A stretch of DNA of 64,000 nucleotides from Acetatifactor sp. (GTDB lineage Bacteria > Bacillota > Clostridia > Lachnospirales > Lachnospiraceae), in NCBI GenBank assembly GCA_051880315.1, contig JBJENR010000033.1, positions 3,312 through 67,311 of the forward strand. The letters are read 5' to 3'. Under the pieces are notes generated by a model. It was given only the letters and a program-made list of their open reading frames with translations, was not told the DNA's origin and did not search any database. A program made the translations under genes and the position numbers. Below, in pieces: positions 1 through 9,431 of the stretch (its first letter is position 1; each line of letters begins with the position of its first letter).

Positions 1-2113
1 CCAGCTGGTTCAGGCTGGAAATCCCCTTGGTAATAAAGGGCTTATCCCCTTGTGCCATTACCTTGGGCCGAAGTGTTGCTTTAGGTCTGGGATCATATTG
101 TTCCGTCAAATCCGCTCCCCTGCTTCCAACCCCTATAATGTTTTCCAGAAACTCCTTATCTCTTTGAATGCGCCTGGAATTTGCATCCGTGTCATCCAGA
201 AGTTCCATCGGTATCTCCCGCACAAAACGGCTTACGGAATTATACTGGGTCTCCCCCCGAAGCATTCTTGACCTGGCATAAGTCAGGGTCAGGTCATCCA
301 TGGCTCTGGTAATGCCCACATAGGCAAGTCTGCGCTCTTCCTCCAGGTCTTCTGGATTATCATTCCAAAGCGCTGCCTGTCCCGGAAATAAACCATCCTC
401 CATACCTGCCAGATACACATGGGGGAACTCCAGGCCCTTGGCTGAATGCAGCGTCATGAGAAGTACCCTGTTGTCATCCCCGTCCACATTGTCTATATCT
501 GCCACCAGGGCAACCTCTGCAAGAAACTCTGTGAGGCTTGCCTCGTCATGCATCTCTTGGTATGACACGGCCTTGGTAATTAATTCATCCACATTTGCCA
601 TCCTGTCCTCGGCGGATTCACTGTCATTATCCTGCAGATAATCCTTGTAGCCCGTACGCTCCACAATCTCAGCAATCAGTTCCGCCACGGTCATTTCCGT
701 GGAATCCTTTCTGAAGGCATGAATCAGCTGAACAAAGGGGCGCAGCTTGACGGAGGCTTTTCCAAGGCTCATGATTTCATCCGCCATTTCCATCGCCTCA
801 TAGAGACCGATGTCACGCATCTGTGCATAATCCTCCAGTTTCTCCAGGGTAGCCGCACCAATCCCTCTCTTGGGAATATTGATGATACGCCGTACCGCCA
901 CTTCATCTCTTCCATTGTCAATAGTCTTTAAGTACGCCAGAATGTCCTTAATCTCAGCTCTGGAATAAAAGTTCGTTCCTCCTACCACATTGTAGGGTAC
1001 TCCCTCCATAATCATCCGCTCTTCCAGCAGACGGGCCTGAGCGTTGGTCCGGTAAAGCACTGCACAATCTCTGTATTGTGCGCCTCCCTTCCTCACTTTT
1101 CTGACCACATCCTCAGCAATATATTCCGCCTCTTCATAGGCGTTATCAAACTGTCTGAAGTGTACCCTGCTCCCTTCATCTCTGGCGGTCCAAAGAGTTT
1201 TATCCTTTCTTCCCATGTTATTCCGAATGACTGCATTAGCTGCATCCAGAATGGACTGTGTGGAACGGTAATTTTGCTCCAGCTTCACCACCTTTGCCTC
1301 CGGAAAATACTTCTCAAAATCCAGGATATTCCTGATGTTTGCCCCCCGGAACTTATAGATGGACTGGTCATCATCACCCACCACACAGAGATTTCTATAT
1401 TTGTCCGCCAAAAGACGCACCAGTTCAAATTGCGCCGTGTTGGTGTCCTGGTATTCATCCACCATAATATAGCGGAACCGCTCCTGATAATAATCCAGCA
1501 CCTCAGGCCGGCTTTGGAATAATTCCACGGTTTTCACAATCAGGTCGTCAAAATCCAGCGCATTATTCTTCTGCAGGGTCTCCTGATATTCTCTGTAGAC
1601 TCTGGCATAGACTGCTTTTCCATAGTCTCCCGCTGCCTCCAGCTCATACTCCCTGACACTGATCAGACTGTCCTTTAAGGATGAAATTGTACTGAGAAGA
1701 GCCCTCTCCTTATACATTTTGGAGTCAATATTCAGCCGCTTGCAGATTCCCTTCATCACCGTCTTCTGGTCGTCCGTGTCATATATGGTAAAATCCGTGT
1801 CAAACCCCAGCAAATCAATATGTCTCCGCAGGATTCTTACACACATGGAGTGAAAGGTAGAAACCCATACCTGGTCTGCCCCAAAGCCCACCAGTCTGTC
1901 CACTCGCTCCCGCATCTCTCCCGCTGCCTTGTTGGTGAAGGTGATTGCCAGGATATTCCACGGCTTCACCCCCATCTCATCTATCAGATATGCAATCCTG
2001 TGAGTCAGGCATCTGGTCTTACCGCTGCCCGCACCCGCAAGAATAAGAAGGGGACCGTCTGTATTCAGTACACCCTCCTTCTGCTCTTTGTTCAAAGTAT
2101 CGTATATACTCAC
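1..2113 (-). CDS. pcrA: ATP-dependent DNA helicase PcrA/UvrD (3' end runs off the window)
   Basis: Not in the ORF track because it is open at the edge. Manual translation from GTG at 2113 gives MSIYDTLNKEQKEGVLNTDGPLLILAGAGSGKT (Walker A). Later UvrD motifs LMTLHSAKGLEFP and EEERRLAYVGITRA are present. Confidence 0.97.
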   Translation of the reverse strand, partial: MSIYDTLNKEQKEGVLNTDGPLLILAGAGSGKTRCLTHRIAYLIDEMGVKPWNILAITFTNKAAGEMRERVDRLVGFGADQVWVSTFHSMCVRILRRHIDLLGFDTDFTIYDTDDQKTVMKGICKRLNIDSKMYKERALLSTISSLKDSLISVREYELEAAGDYGKAVYARVYREYQETLQKNNALDFDDLIVKTVELFQSRPEVLDYYQERFRYIMVDEYQDTNTAQFELVRLLADKYRNLCVVGDDDQSIYKFRGANIRNILDFEKYFPEAKVVKLEQNYRSTQSILDAANAVIRNNMGRKDKTLWTARDEGSRVHFRQFDNAYEEAEYIAEDVVRKVRKGGAQYRDCAVLYRTNAQARLLEERMIMEGVPYNVVGGTNFYSRAEIKDILAYLKTIDNGRDEVAVRRIINIPKRGIGAATLEKLEDYAQMRDIGLYEAMEMADEIMSLGKASVKLRPFVQLIHAFRKDSTEMTVAELIAEIVERTGYKDYLQDNDSESAEDRMANVDELITKAVSYQEMHDEASLTEFLAEVALVADIDNVDGDDNRVLLMTLHSAKGLEFPHVYLAGMEDGLFPGQAALWNDNPEDLEEERRLAYVGITRAMDDLTLTYARSRMLRGETQYNSVSRFVREIPMELLDDTDANSRRIQRDKEFLENIIGVGSRGADLTEQYDPRPKATLRPKVMAQGDKPFITKGISSLNQL

Positions 2114-2115
2114 TG

Positions 2116-2889
2116 TTATCCCTCTTCCACATCACTGAAATTCCATATTCTGGTATTAAATTCCAGAATCGGGCTTCCACAATACATACATGTTTTTGCG
2201 CCGAGCTTGGGAAGTGGTCCTCCGCAGTTCGGGCAGTTCATTGCCAGTCCCATATCCTCGGCATTTTCCAGCAGACTGGCATCCTGTATGTAAAGCATCT
2301 CCACATTGTACCTGCTCTGCTTTAACCTATCCCGGCTTCCTTCTACCACTTTACCGCCACGCTCCAGATAATAGTTGTACTGGATAGAGCTCTGGAAAAC
2401 AATACTGCATTTGCCTTTTAGTTTCCGATACGACTTGATCTCCGTCCTATGGATTCTGATATTTCTATAATGCTGTTCAGCTCCCTCGCTGTCCAGATTG
2501 GCGATTCTCATACGCAGCTTTTCCTTGAGCTCCGAAGTTGTTCCCTCAGCGAAATCGTTCATGCTCTTCCTATCCACACACTGAAGAAAAGAGGTCAACA
2601 CATTTTCCGCCTTGTTTTTCATTTCCTCAAGGTGAAATTCCGGAAAATCTCTCATAATCTGCGGCAAATAGAGGCTGGTTGCCGCAGATACCGACTTGGG
2701 TGTAACCTCGGCTTCCTTCTCGACCTTTTGAAATCCTTCCTTGATATCCTCTGTACCGAAAGCCATCCTGGAAAATTCTCTGACCTTATTGCGTACCTTT
2801 CGATATGCAACGTAGCCGCTTATCATGATTATCAGTATCAGGACCAATATGATAATACTCAGTATCTTTCCAAACATCTTCTTCCTCAC
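2116..2889 (-). CDS. Membrane-anchored Tim44-like domain protein with C-terminal zinc ribbon
   Basis: N-terminal hydrophobic helix; central PEFHLEEMKNKAENVL segment resembles Tim44-like domains; CPNCGG...CMYCGS zinc ribbon; ends 2 nt before the pcrA start. Confidence 0.7.
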   Translation of the reverse strand: MRKKMFGKILSIIILVLILIIMISGYVAYRKVRNKVREFSRMAFGTEDIKEGFQKVEKEAEVTPKSVSAATSLYLPQIMRDFPEFHLEEMKNKAENVLTSFLQCVDRKSMNDFAEGTTSELKEKLRMRIANLDSEGAEQHYRNIRIHRTEIKSYRKLKGKCSIVFQSSIQYNYYLERGGKVVEGSRDRLKQSRYNVEMLYIQDASLLENAEDMGLAMNCPNCGGPLPKLGAKTCMYCGSPILEFNTRIWNFSDVEEG

Positions 2890-2971
2890 TAACGCAGAAA
2901 TCGCAGCAGCCCCATTATCAGCAAAAGCTGAGTATCCGACTGCTGCGATTACATTACCTGTCTGTTATTCC

Positions 2972-4318
2972 TCAGATTCTGTCGTTCTCATCAAAAATGT
3001 CTCCGCACTCAGGGCAGAACTTGGGAACATTGGTAGGATCCTCAGGCTCCCAACCGCACTTGTCGCACTTGTAAAGCGGAGCACCTGCAGGTTTTTTGCT
3101 TCCGCAATTGCTGCAGAACTTACCCTGATTTACATTTCCGCAGGAGCAGGTCCAACCTGCTTCAGAGGGCTTGGGGGAACCGCACTCAGCGCAGAATTTA
3201 CCCCTGTTGTCCGTATGTCCGCACTTACAGGTCCAGCCAAGAACAGGTGCGGCCTGTGCAGGCTGCTGACCAGGCTGCTGTCCGGGCTGTCCCATCATAC
3301 CGCCCATGAAACCGCCGCCATTGCCGTTCATCATATTGTTCATCATGCCCATTGCCATCATGTTCATCACACCGCTCATGGCATCTCCGCCACCATTGCC
3401 GCTTCCAAAGCTGGAATTAGCCATCATCTTATTGAAGCTCTCCGCTTTGGTAGCTTCTCTCATGCTCGCGTTCTGAAGCACAGCAGACTCTGCCCACTTA
3501 TTGATTTTCTCAACATCCTCAGGCGGGAAGGAGGGAACGATAGTCATAACGCAGATCTCAATACCGCGTGTCTGAGTCCACTGTTCGCTGAGTTCTGCTT
3601 TTACCAGCTCTGTAATCTCCTTGGTGTGCCCAATCAGCTGGGAAGGCAGAACGCCCTCTGCACCAATCGCCGCAAGTGAGGGATGCAGTGCCTGAATCAG
3701 CTCATCCTTCATGATGCTGAGCAATTCGCTCTTGTTGTAGCTGCTGGTAACATTTGCACAGATATTCTTGTAGAATAAAAGTGGATCCACAAGCTTAAAT
3801 GTGTATTTACCGTTAATCTTAACATTTGTTTCAAAGCTGAAGGTACTGTTCTTGTCTACAATATGAAAGGGAATGGGATTGGCCGTTCCGTACATATTGT
3901 TCAAAATCTCCTTGGTATTGAAGAAGTAAACTCTCTGATCCTTTGCCGTATTGCCGCCAAAGGTGAAACGCTTCGCCATGGTAACAAAGGTATTCTTGAC
4001 ATTCTCACCGAGATTGCCGTAAAAAAGGCTGGGTTCTGTAGAATTGTCGTAAACAAACTCTCCGGCTTCCGCACAGACATCCACAATTCCGCCCTGATCC
4101 ACGATAATCATACACTGGCCTTCATTGACAGCAATGACTGAACCATTGGAGATGATATTGTCATTACCCTTTGTGTTGCTGTTACGACCACTGTTAATTC
4201 TCTTCTCGCCCTTAACCATCAACACATCGTTTGAGAGAGAATCACAGTAAAAATACTCTCTCCACTGGTCAGCCATCAGGCCGCCGGCCGCATCAAGCGC
4301 TGCTCTAATTAATCCCAT
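2972..4318 (-). CDS. SPFH (band 7) domain protein with C-terminal double zinc ribbon ('virion core protein'-like family)
   Basis: GSVIAVNEGQCMIIVDQG and RVYFFNTKEILNNMYGTANPIPF are typical of this SPFH subfamily; M/G/Q-rich linker; repeated WTCxCG...KFCxxCG and CDKCGW...KFCPECG ribbons. Confidence 0.88.
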   Translation of the reverse strand: MGLIRAALDAAGGLMADQWREYFYCDSLSNDVLMVKGEKRINSGRNSNTKGNDNIISNGSVIAVNEGQCMIIVDQGGIVDVCAEAGEFVYDNSTEPSLFYGNLGENVKNTFVTMAKRFTFGGNTAKDQRVYFFNTKEILNNMYGTANPIPFHIVDKNSTFSFETNVKINGKYTFKLVDPLLFYKNICANVTSSYNKSELLSIMKDELIQALHPSLAAIGAEGVLPSQLIGHTKEITELVKAELSEQWTQTRGIEICVMTIVPSFPPEDVEKINKWAESAVLQNASMREATKAESFNKMMANSSFGSGNGGGDAMSGVMNMMAMGMMNNMMNGNGGGFMGGMMGQPGQQPGQQPAQAAPVLGWTCKCGHTDNRGKFCAECGSPKPSEAGWTCSCGNVNQGKFCSNCGSKKPAGAPLYKCDKCGWEPEDPTNVPKFCPECGDIFDENDRI

Positions 4319-4351
4319 TTCCTTACCTCCGATTCTTTTGTTTCTTTCTCC

Positions 4352-4380
4352 ATTTTATCAGATAATCCCCGTTTTCTCAA
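4352..4380 (-). promoter_or_regulatory. Candidate sigma-A promoter of the SPFH-Tim44-pcrA unit
   Basis: Minus strand reads TTGAGA-17 nt-TAAAAT with extended -10 TGn. Confidence 0.55.
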
Positions 4381-4420
4381 GCCATTTCAAAAATATTGTT
4401 ATTGAAGTTTTATCAAAGAC

Positions 4421-4449
4421 TTTACAAAAAGGAAATTATCTAATAAACT
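4421..4449 (+). promoter_or_regulatory. Candidate sigma-A promoter of the XRE gene
   Basis: TTTACA-17 nt-TAAACT. Confidence 0.5.
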
Positions 4450-4495
4450 TTATTCATGTTCACAATCAGATTATACCACAACAGAGGAAATAAAA

Positions 4496-4981
4496 ATGGG
4501 AAAAAAAGCCACGAAAGCAGCCGATAATATGTATTATCTCGCACGTTGCGAGGCCGAAAAGAAAAATGATGACTTTTCCAGCCGTGAAAAAGCAGCTGAA
4601 CTTATAGGAATTGACCGCACCAGACTGGCGCGTATAGAGCTGGATGCCATCGCGCCTTACCCCGAGGAGGTAAAAGCGATGGCCGAAACCTATAATATGC
4701 CTGAGCTCTGCAACTCATACTGTGCCAGAGAATGCCCTATCGGCCGGGATAATGTCCATGAGGTCACCATCGATGATTTTGACCGTCTGGCACTGAAGGT
4801 ACTGGGCTCCTTAAAGGATATCGATTCTCTTCGCGCATCACTGATTGCCATCTCCGAAGACGGCATTATTGAGGAAAGCGAGCGTGCAGCCTTTCAGGAT
4901 ATTCTGGATTCCCTGGAGAAAATCAGCACCAACGCAAAAGCCCTGCAGCTCTGGGCCATCAAAAATATCAGACTGAAATAA
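4496..4981 (+). CDS. XRE-family HTH regulator with Cys cluster and phage-regulator-like C-terminus
   Basis: SREKAAELIGIDRTRLARIELD HTH; CNSYCARECPIG; C-terminal SEDGIIEESE motif; AGAGG RBS. Confidence 0.75.
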   Translation: MGKKATKAADNMYYLARCEAEKKNDDFSSREKAAELIGIDRTRLARIELDAIAPYPEEVKAMAETYNMPELCNSYCARECPIGRDNVHEVTIDDFDRLALKVLGSLKDIDSLRASLIAISEDGIIEESERAAFQDILDSLEKISTNAKALQLWAIKNIRLK

Positions 4982-4984
4982 AGC

Positions 4985-5014
4985 GGACTGCCTGCTTTCA
5001 TCAGCGGGCAGTCC
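4985..5014. terminator. Hairpin between convergent genes, probable intrinsic terminator
   Basis: GGACTGCCTGCT-6 nt loop-AGCGGGCAGTCC followed by TATTTATT. Confidence 0.7.
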
Positions 5015-5040
5015 TATTTATTAGTGTGTAGTCTTATTTA

Positions 5041-6054
5041 TCAGTGTGCTGCCTTCTCTGCAAATTCCGTGGTGACAAGATCCTCATAAGGCACTTTTTC
5101 CTTCAACACCCCGGAATCCATCAGAATATTCTGCAGCAATTCAAAGGATTCCTTCGCAAAAACCAGCTCTGCCTTCCAGGTATCCTGTTCATGATATCTC
5201 TTCACAATGGCAGTCAGCGTAGCTATATCCGTCTCGGGAAACTGCGGAGCAATGACCTCTGCTATCTCCTCGGGTGTATGCTTCTGTACATAATCCATGC
5301 CCCTTTGAAGTGCATTGGTAAATGCCTGCACTGTGTCCCCATTTTTCTCAAGATAACTCTTTTTTGCAGAAAATGAGGTGTAAGGCACATAACCGGAATC
5401 CCTTCCCAGGGAGGCCACTACATACCCTTCGCCTTTTTGTTCCAGTGCTGTGGCATGAGGCTCAAACTCTACCGTGAAATCCCCCTGTCCCCCGGAAAAC
5501 GCAGCCGCTGTGGAGCCAAAATCGATGCTCTGGTCTATCTTGACATCCGTCTTAAAATCAATTCCGTTTTTTGCAAGAATATACTCAAACACCATCTGGG
5601 GCATTCCCCCCGCTCTGCCGCCAATCACACTCTTTCCAATCAGCATATCCCATTGAAAATTGTCAATAGGCTTCCTGGATACCAGGAAATTCCCCGCCCG
5701 TTGTGTCAGCTGTGCGAAATTTACTACATAATCCGACGTACCTCCGGCATAAGTGTATACAGTACTCTCACAGCCCATAAAGCCGATATCCGCTTCCCCT
5801 GTCAGTACAGCTGTCATGGTTTTATCAGCTCCGAACCCTGTGACAAGCTCCAGTTCTATTCCCTCTTCCTCAAAATACCCCTCTTCCACTGCCACATACA
5901 TGGGAGCATAAAAGACCGAATGTGCAACCTCATTCAGCACTACCTTCGTCCTTCCCTCTCCCGCTGCAGTTCTGCTTCCGCAGCCTACAGACAAAAACAG
6001 TATGACAGCAGACAGCCAACAGACTGCCCCTCTCCTCAAAACTGACTTTTTCAT
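5041..6054 (-). CDS. NMT1/THI5-like (NitT/TauT-type) ABC substrate-binding lipoprotein
   Basis: Lipobox FLSVGC; YAPMYVAVEEGYFEEEGIELEL and GADKTMTAVLTGEADIGF signatures. Confidence 0.88.
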   Translation of the reverse strand: MKKSVLRRGAVCWLSAVILFLSVGCGSRTAAGEGRTKVVLNEVAHSVFYAPMYVAVEEGYFEEEGIELELVTGFGADKTMTAVLTGEADIGFMGCESTVYTYAGGTSDYVVNFAQLTQRAGNFLVSRKPIDNFQWDMLIGKSVIGGRAGGMPQMVFEYILAKNGIDFKTDVKIDQSIDFGSTAAAFSGGQGDFTVEFEPHATALEQKGEGYVVASLGRDSGYVPYTSFSAKKSYLEKNGDTVQAFTNALQRGMDYVQKHTPEEIAEVIAPQFPETDIATLTAIVKRYHEQDTWKAELVFAKESFELLQNILMDSGVLKEKVPYEDLVTTEFAEKAAH

Positions 6055-6111
6055 AAAACCCTCCTTTTGATAGATGCTACATCATATGAAAAGATTTACG
6101 AAAATGTTCCA

Positions 6112-6140
6112 AAAGAAAAGAGCTGCCCAATGGCAGCCCT
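6112..6140 (-). terminator. Intrinsic terminator after the DUF1836 gene
   Basis: Minus strand GCTGCC-ATTG-GGCAGC followed by TCTTTTCTTT. Confidence 0.55.
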
Positions 6141-6146
6141 GAAATC

Positions 6147-6770
6147 TTATTCGTTTTTGTTTGCGGCAGGGGGTGTCTGTTCCCCTGAAATTTCATCCAC
6201 AAGTTTTTCGATAATAAGCTTCTTTATATACACATCAAAGCTCAGATGACAGATAAAGGCAAATTTCGTCAGAAATTCCTTCTCCTCCTCCGGTGCTTTC
6301 GGAAAAGCCTGTTCTGCCAGCTTGTATTTCTCCTTCAAATCCGTTTTCATTCTCTCAATCTGCTCGGCACCCAGTGCAGAGGCCTCCCTGTAGATATCCT
6401 CCAGGCCAAATTCTCCCGGCTTCTTAAAAAACTTGTTCGTTATAGGTGTCAGCAGTGTCTGGATATCATTGATGGACAGAATCCCCTTAAAATAATATAT
6501 AAAAATCAGCAAAAGAATATGTTCCTTTGAATACTTCTTCTTCACCGGCGGCGGAAGCAAATCATTTTTTGCGTAATTATTAATCATCGTCTTGGTCAGA
6601 ATCTTGTCCTCTCCGGGATACCTGGCTGTGGATTTCAGACGGCTGTCCATAAAGGTAGTCACCTGATCCATATAGAGTTCAATATTCGGAATATCGTCCA
6701 CACTGATAAATTTCACCCTGTCAAGGCTTGCCAGAATGCTGTTTAATAAATCTTCACTGTTCAAAGTCAT
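6147..6770 (-). CDS. DUF1836 domain protein (putative regulator)
   Basis: IPNIELYMDQVTTFM...LTKTMINNYAKNDLLPPPVKKKYSKEHI is the DUF1836 signature. Confidence 0.85.
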   Translation of the reverse strand: MTLNSEDLLNSILASLDRVKFISVDDIPNIELYMDQVTTFMDSRLKSTARYPGEDKILTKTMINNYAKNDLLPPPVKKKYSKEHILLLIFIYYFKGILSINDIQTLLTPITNKFFKKPGEFGLEDIYREASALGAEQIERMKTDLKEKYKLAEQAFPKAPEEEKEFLTKFAFICHLSFDVYIKKLIIEKLVDEISGEQTPPAANKNE

Positions 6771-6882
6771 AGAAGTAACTTCACCTTTCCGCGCATAAAT
6801 GTTAGTGTTAACCTCATTATATAGTAATCAATACTACATCGCAACAGTTTCTTATAAAATTATATCTGTTTTTCATTCCTTG

Positions 6883-6911
6883 TTTACTTTACAACTTTAA
6901 TATGTTAAAAT
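6883..6911 (+). promoter_or_regulatory. Candidate sigma-A promoter of the yerC-like gene
   Basis: TTTACT-17 nt-TAAAAT with extended -10; AAGGAGG RBS downstream. Confidence 0.55.
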
Positions 6912-6935
6912 AAACTAGGTCAAGGAGGTATCGCC

Positions 6936-7238
6936 ATGAATAAAAAGATTAAAACCGAAGCTGTAGATTTCCTGTTTGATGCGATATTGTGCTTAAAGTC
7001 CCGGGAAGAATGCTATAATTTTTTTGAAGACTTATGTACAGTCAATGAGCTTCTCTCTCTTTCACAGCGTTTTGAAGTGGCAGCCATGCTCAAGAACCAC
7101 AAGACCTATCTGGATATCGCCGAGAAAACAGGTGCTTCCACCGCTACCATCAGCAGGGTAAACCGCTCGCTGAATTATGGCAACGATGGTTATGAGATGG
7201 TGTTTGGTCGAATGAACCCGGAGAAAAAGGAACAATAA
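6936..7238 (+). CDS. yerC: YerC/YecD family TrpR-related protein
   Basis: FFEDLCTVNELLSLSQRFEVAAML...TGASTATISRVNRSLNYGNDGY. Confidence 0.92.
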   Translation: MNKKIKTEAVDFLFDAILCLKSREECYNFFEDLCTVNELLSLSQRFEVAAMLKNHKTYLDIAEKTGASTATISRVNRSLNYGNDGYEMVFGRMNPEKKEQ

Positions 7239-7241
7239 GGA

Positions 7242-7727
7242 TTATTCAGGCAATCCTGTTTCTTCCTCGTCGCCCTCTTCTGCCATCCGCTGCTCTTCTA
7301 CTTCCTTCAATGCTTCCACGATAGCTGCTTTAGCCGATTTTCTCCCGGCTCTGAGAGTTTTGGGAGAGAGTTTCTGGCGCTTTGCAGGGGTATCCTGATT
7401 CATATTGCATTTTCCCTGAAAAATAGCCTTTTCATCAATCACAATTACAGCAGTCGTGATGTCTCCTATCACCTTGGCCGTACCGGTCAGTTCTGCCTTC
7501 TCAGGCGCCATAACATCCCCGTATACTTCTCCGCCAATAGTCACAGCCCTGGCTGTCACGTCGCCCTCTATACACGCCGAGGCTCCAAGGACCAGACTCC
7601 CGTCCACCTTAACGCTGCCGTTTACCTTTCCGTCAATCCTGGCAGAATCACAGGCCGAAAAGTCACCGTCACACACCGCGCCTCTTCCTATAATCGTTGT
7701 AATCTCCACAGCATTGTTTTTCATCAT
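7242..7727 (-). CDS. Bactofilin (polymer-forming cytoskeletal protein, CcmA family)
   Basis: TTIIGRGAVCDGDF...RIDGKVNGSV...GDV.A..VTIGGEVYGDV...VIGDI...IDEKAIFQGKC beta-helix repeats. Confidence 0.9.
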   Translation of the reverse strand: MMKNNAVEITTIIGRGAVCDGDFSACDSARIDGKVNGSVKVDGSLVLGASACIEGDVTARAVTIGGEVYGDVMAPEKAELTGTAKVIGDITTAVIVIDEKAIFQGKCNMNQDTPAKRQKLSPKTLRAGRKSAKAAIVEALKEVEEQRMAEEGDEEETGLPE

Positions 7728-7767
7728 AAGTATCTCCTTCCTTTATCGGAATTCAGTCGCTGACATA

Positions 7768-8508
7768 TCAGCCGCTGATTGACAGTATTTCCATGGGATC
7801 AATATAGACACCGTCCTTCATCACCTGATACCCCAGTCTGCTGCTGTTTTCGTTTATGAGGAAAAGCGTGGTTCCCTGCATTACCGTCTCGCCCTGCTTC
7901 ACCTTAACCTCACCTGCATTTCGGTATACCGTCACATAACCATTCCCATGATCCACCCAGACGTTATGTCCGTAATCAACATCATCATTGACCGCCGTAA
8001 CCGTGCCCTTTGCAGCTGAGATTACCATAGCTCCGTCTGTGGCTGCAAACACACACATAGGTTCTCCTTCCGACACTTCCTCCATTGTAGCGGAACCCGT
8101 CAGCGGAAATTCCGTGGGAATCATCTGTTTCTCTAATTGTATCGCTAGTTCATTTTCGTTCAGCGTCTTTTTATTGACGGTATCGCTCAGCACCTGAATT
8201 GTTTCATCCAGCTCTGCCACTTTTGCTTCAAGAGCTGCCTTCTCCTGTTCCAATACAGTTTTTTCCTGTTTCAGTTTCTCCAGTTCCTGGGCATGCATGG
8301 CGGCTTGACTCCTTCTGTCTCCGAGCACACTCCCCTCGTAATAGAGCAAACCAATCAGAATACCCACTGCAACGCAGGCCACCAACACCAGCACCTGCAC
8401 CAGCCAGGAACGAATCCGAATCTGCTTTACTCCGGCATCCACGGCATCCGATGTCATGATAAAAATATGGTTCTTTTGACGTTTATGACGTTGCCGTACC
8501 ATAGGCAA
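7768..8508 (-). CDS. Membrane-anchored coiled-coil M23/LytM-fold protein, catalytic motifs absent
   Basis: TM helix, coiled coil, then SAAKGTVTAV...YGHNVWVDHGNGYVTVY...VKQGETVMQG...YIDPMEIL; no HxxxD or HxH. Confidence 0.8.
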   Translation of the reverse strand: MPMVRQRHKRQKNHIFIMTSDAVDAGVKQIRIRSWLVQVLVLVACVAVGILIGLLYYEGSVLGDRRSQAAMHAQELEKLKQEKTVLEQEKAALEAKVAELDETIQVLSDTVNKKTLNENELAIQLEKQMIPTEFPLTGSATMEEVSEGEPMCVFAATDGAMVISAAKGTVTAVNDDVDYGHNVWVDHGNGYVTVYRNAGEVKVKQGETVMQGTTLFLINENSSRLGYQVMKDGVYIDPMEILSISG

Positions 8509-8651
8509 AAACTACCTCCGATAAATTAACAATATGATTAATATTATCATAGCTTTTGGGCAACATCAACGCGAGCTTAACATTTTTGTAACATTTTACC
8601 AAAAATGGGAATTAAATTATGTTGATTTACCATAAGAAATATTCTGAAAAA

Positions 8652-9431
8652 TCAACCTTCCTGACAGATTTTTTGAACTTTTTCCCACTCCAACGCACCT
8701 CCAAAAAGATTGAGAGCGCTTCCCACAGTGACATTCAGCCGATTATTTCCCAGCTTTTTTAACAGGTAAAGATCCTCATAGCTGTGTACTCCTCCGGCAT
8801 AGGTTACCGCCTTCTTCCCCCAGTTTCCCAACATCCCTGTGAGCTCCTCCTCAATCCCTTCAGCCTTTCCCTCGACGTCCACCGCATGCACGAGAAACTC
8901 ATCACAATATTCAGCCAGTTTGTCCAGCAAAGCAGCACTGACGGTTTCCTCTGTCATCCTCTGCCATCTGTCCGTCACAACCTTGTACCCCTCTGATGTT
9001 TTCCTGCAGCTTAAATCCAGCACAAGTCTCTCTCTGCCCACTGCTTTCACCAGTTCTTTCAGTCTGTCATAATATACCTTTCCGTCCCGAAACACATAAG
9101 ACGTGACAATCACATGGGAAGCGCCCGCATCCAGAAACTCCCCGGCATTTTTCGGGGTAATACCGCCGCCTATCTGCATTCCCCCCGGATATGCCCTCAA
9201 AGCGCCGAAAGCCTGTTGCTTCGTCTGTTCATAAAAAGGACTGTCCTTGGAATTCAGCAGGATAATATGTCCTCCCCTGATTCCCGCATTTTTATAAAGT
9301 TCTGCATAAAAGGAAGCATCCCGCTCCGTCACAAAATTTTCTTCGGCACTGTCCCCGCTGTCGCGAAGACTTCCACCCACAATCTGCTTTACCTTTCCGT
9401 TATGAATATCAATACAAGGCCTGAATTCCAT
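8652..9431 (-). CDS. hisA: ProFAR isomerase, eukaryote/HIS6-like type
   Basis: MEFRPCIDIHNGKVKQIVGG, MQIGGGI, LVLDLSCRK, FLVHAVDVEG, TYAGG, VTVGSAL; start refined to ATG 9431. Confidence 0.88.
   Translation of the reverse strand: MEFRPCIDIHNGKVKQIVGGSLRDSGDSAEENFVTERDASFYAELYKNAGIRGGHIILLNSKDSPFYEQTKQQAFGALRAYPGGMQIGGGITPKNAGEFLDAGASHVIVTSYVFRDGKVYYDRLKELVKAVGRERLVLDLSCRKTSEGYKVVTDRWQRMTEETVSAALLDKLAEYCDEFLVHAVDVEGKAEGIEEELTGMLGNWGKKAVTYAGGVHSYEDLYLLKKLGNNRLNVTVGSALNLFGGALEWEKVQKICQEG

Noticed and set aside
50-2293. Plus-strand ORFs over 1-2.3 kb
   Set aside because: They are antisense shadows of pcrA, which the track missed because it is open at the window edge.
3229-3420. QPGQ and Met/Gly-rich repeats in the SPFH linker as a separate repeat feature
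   Set aside because: This is an ordinary low-complexity linker within the coding sequence.
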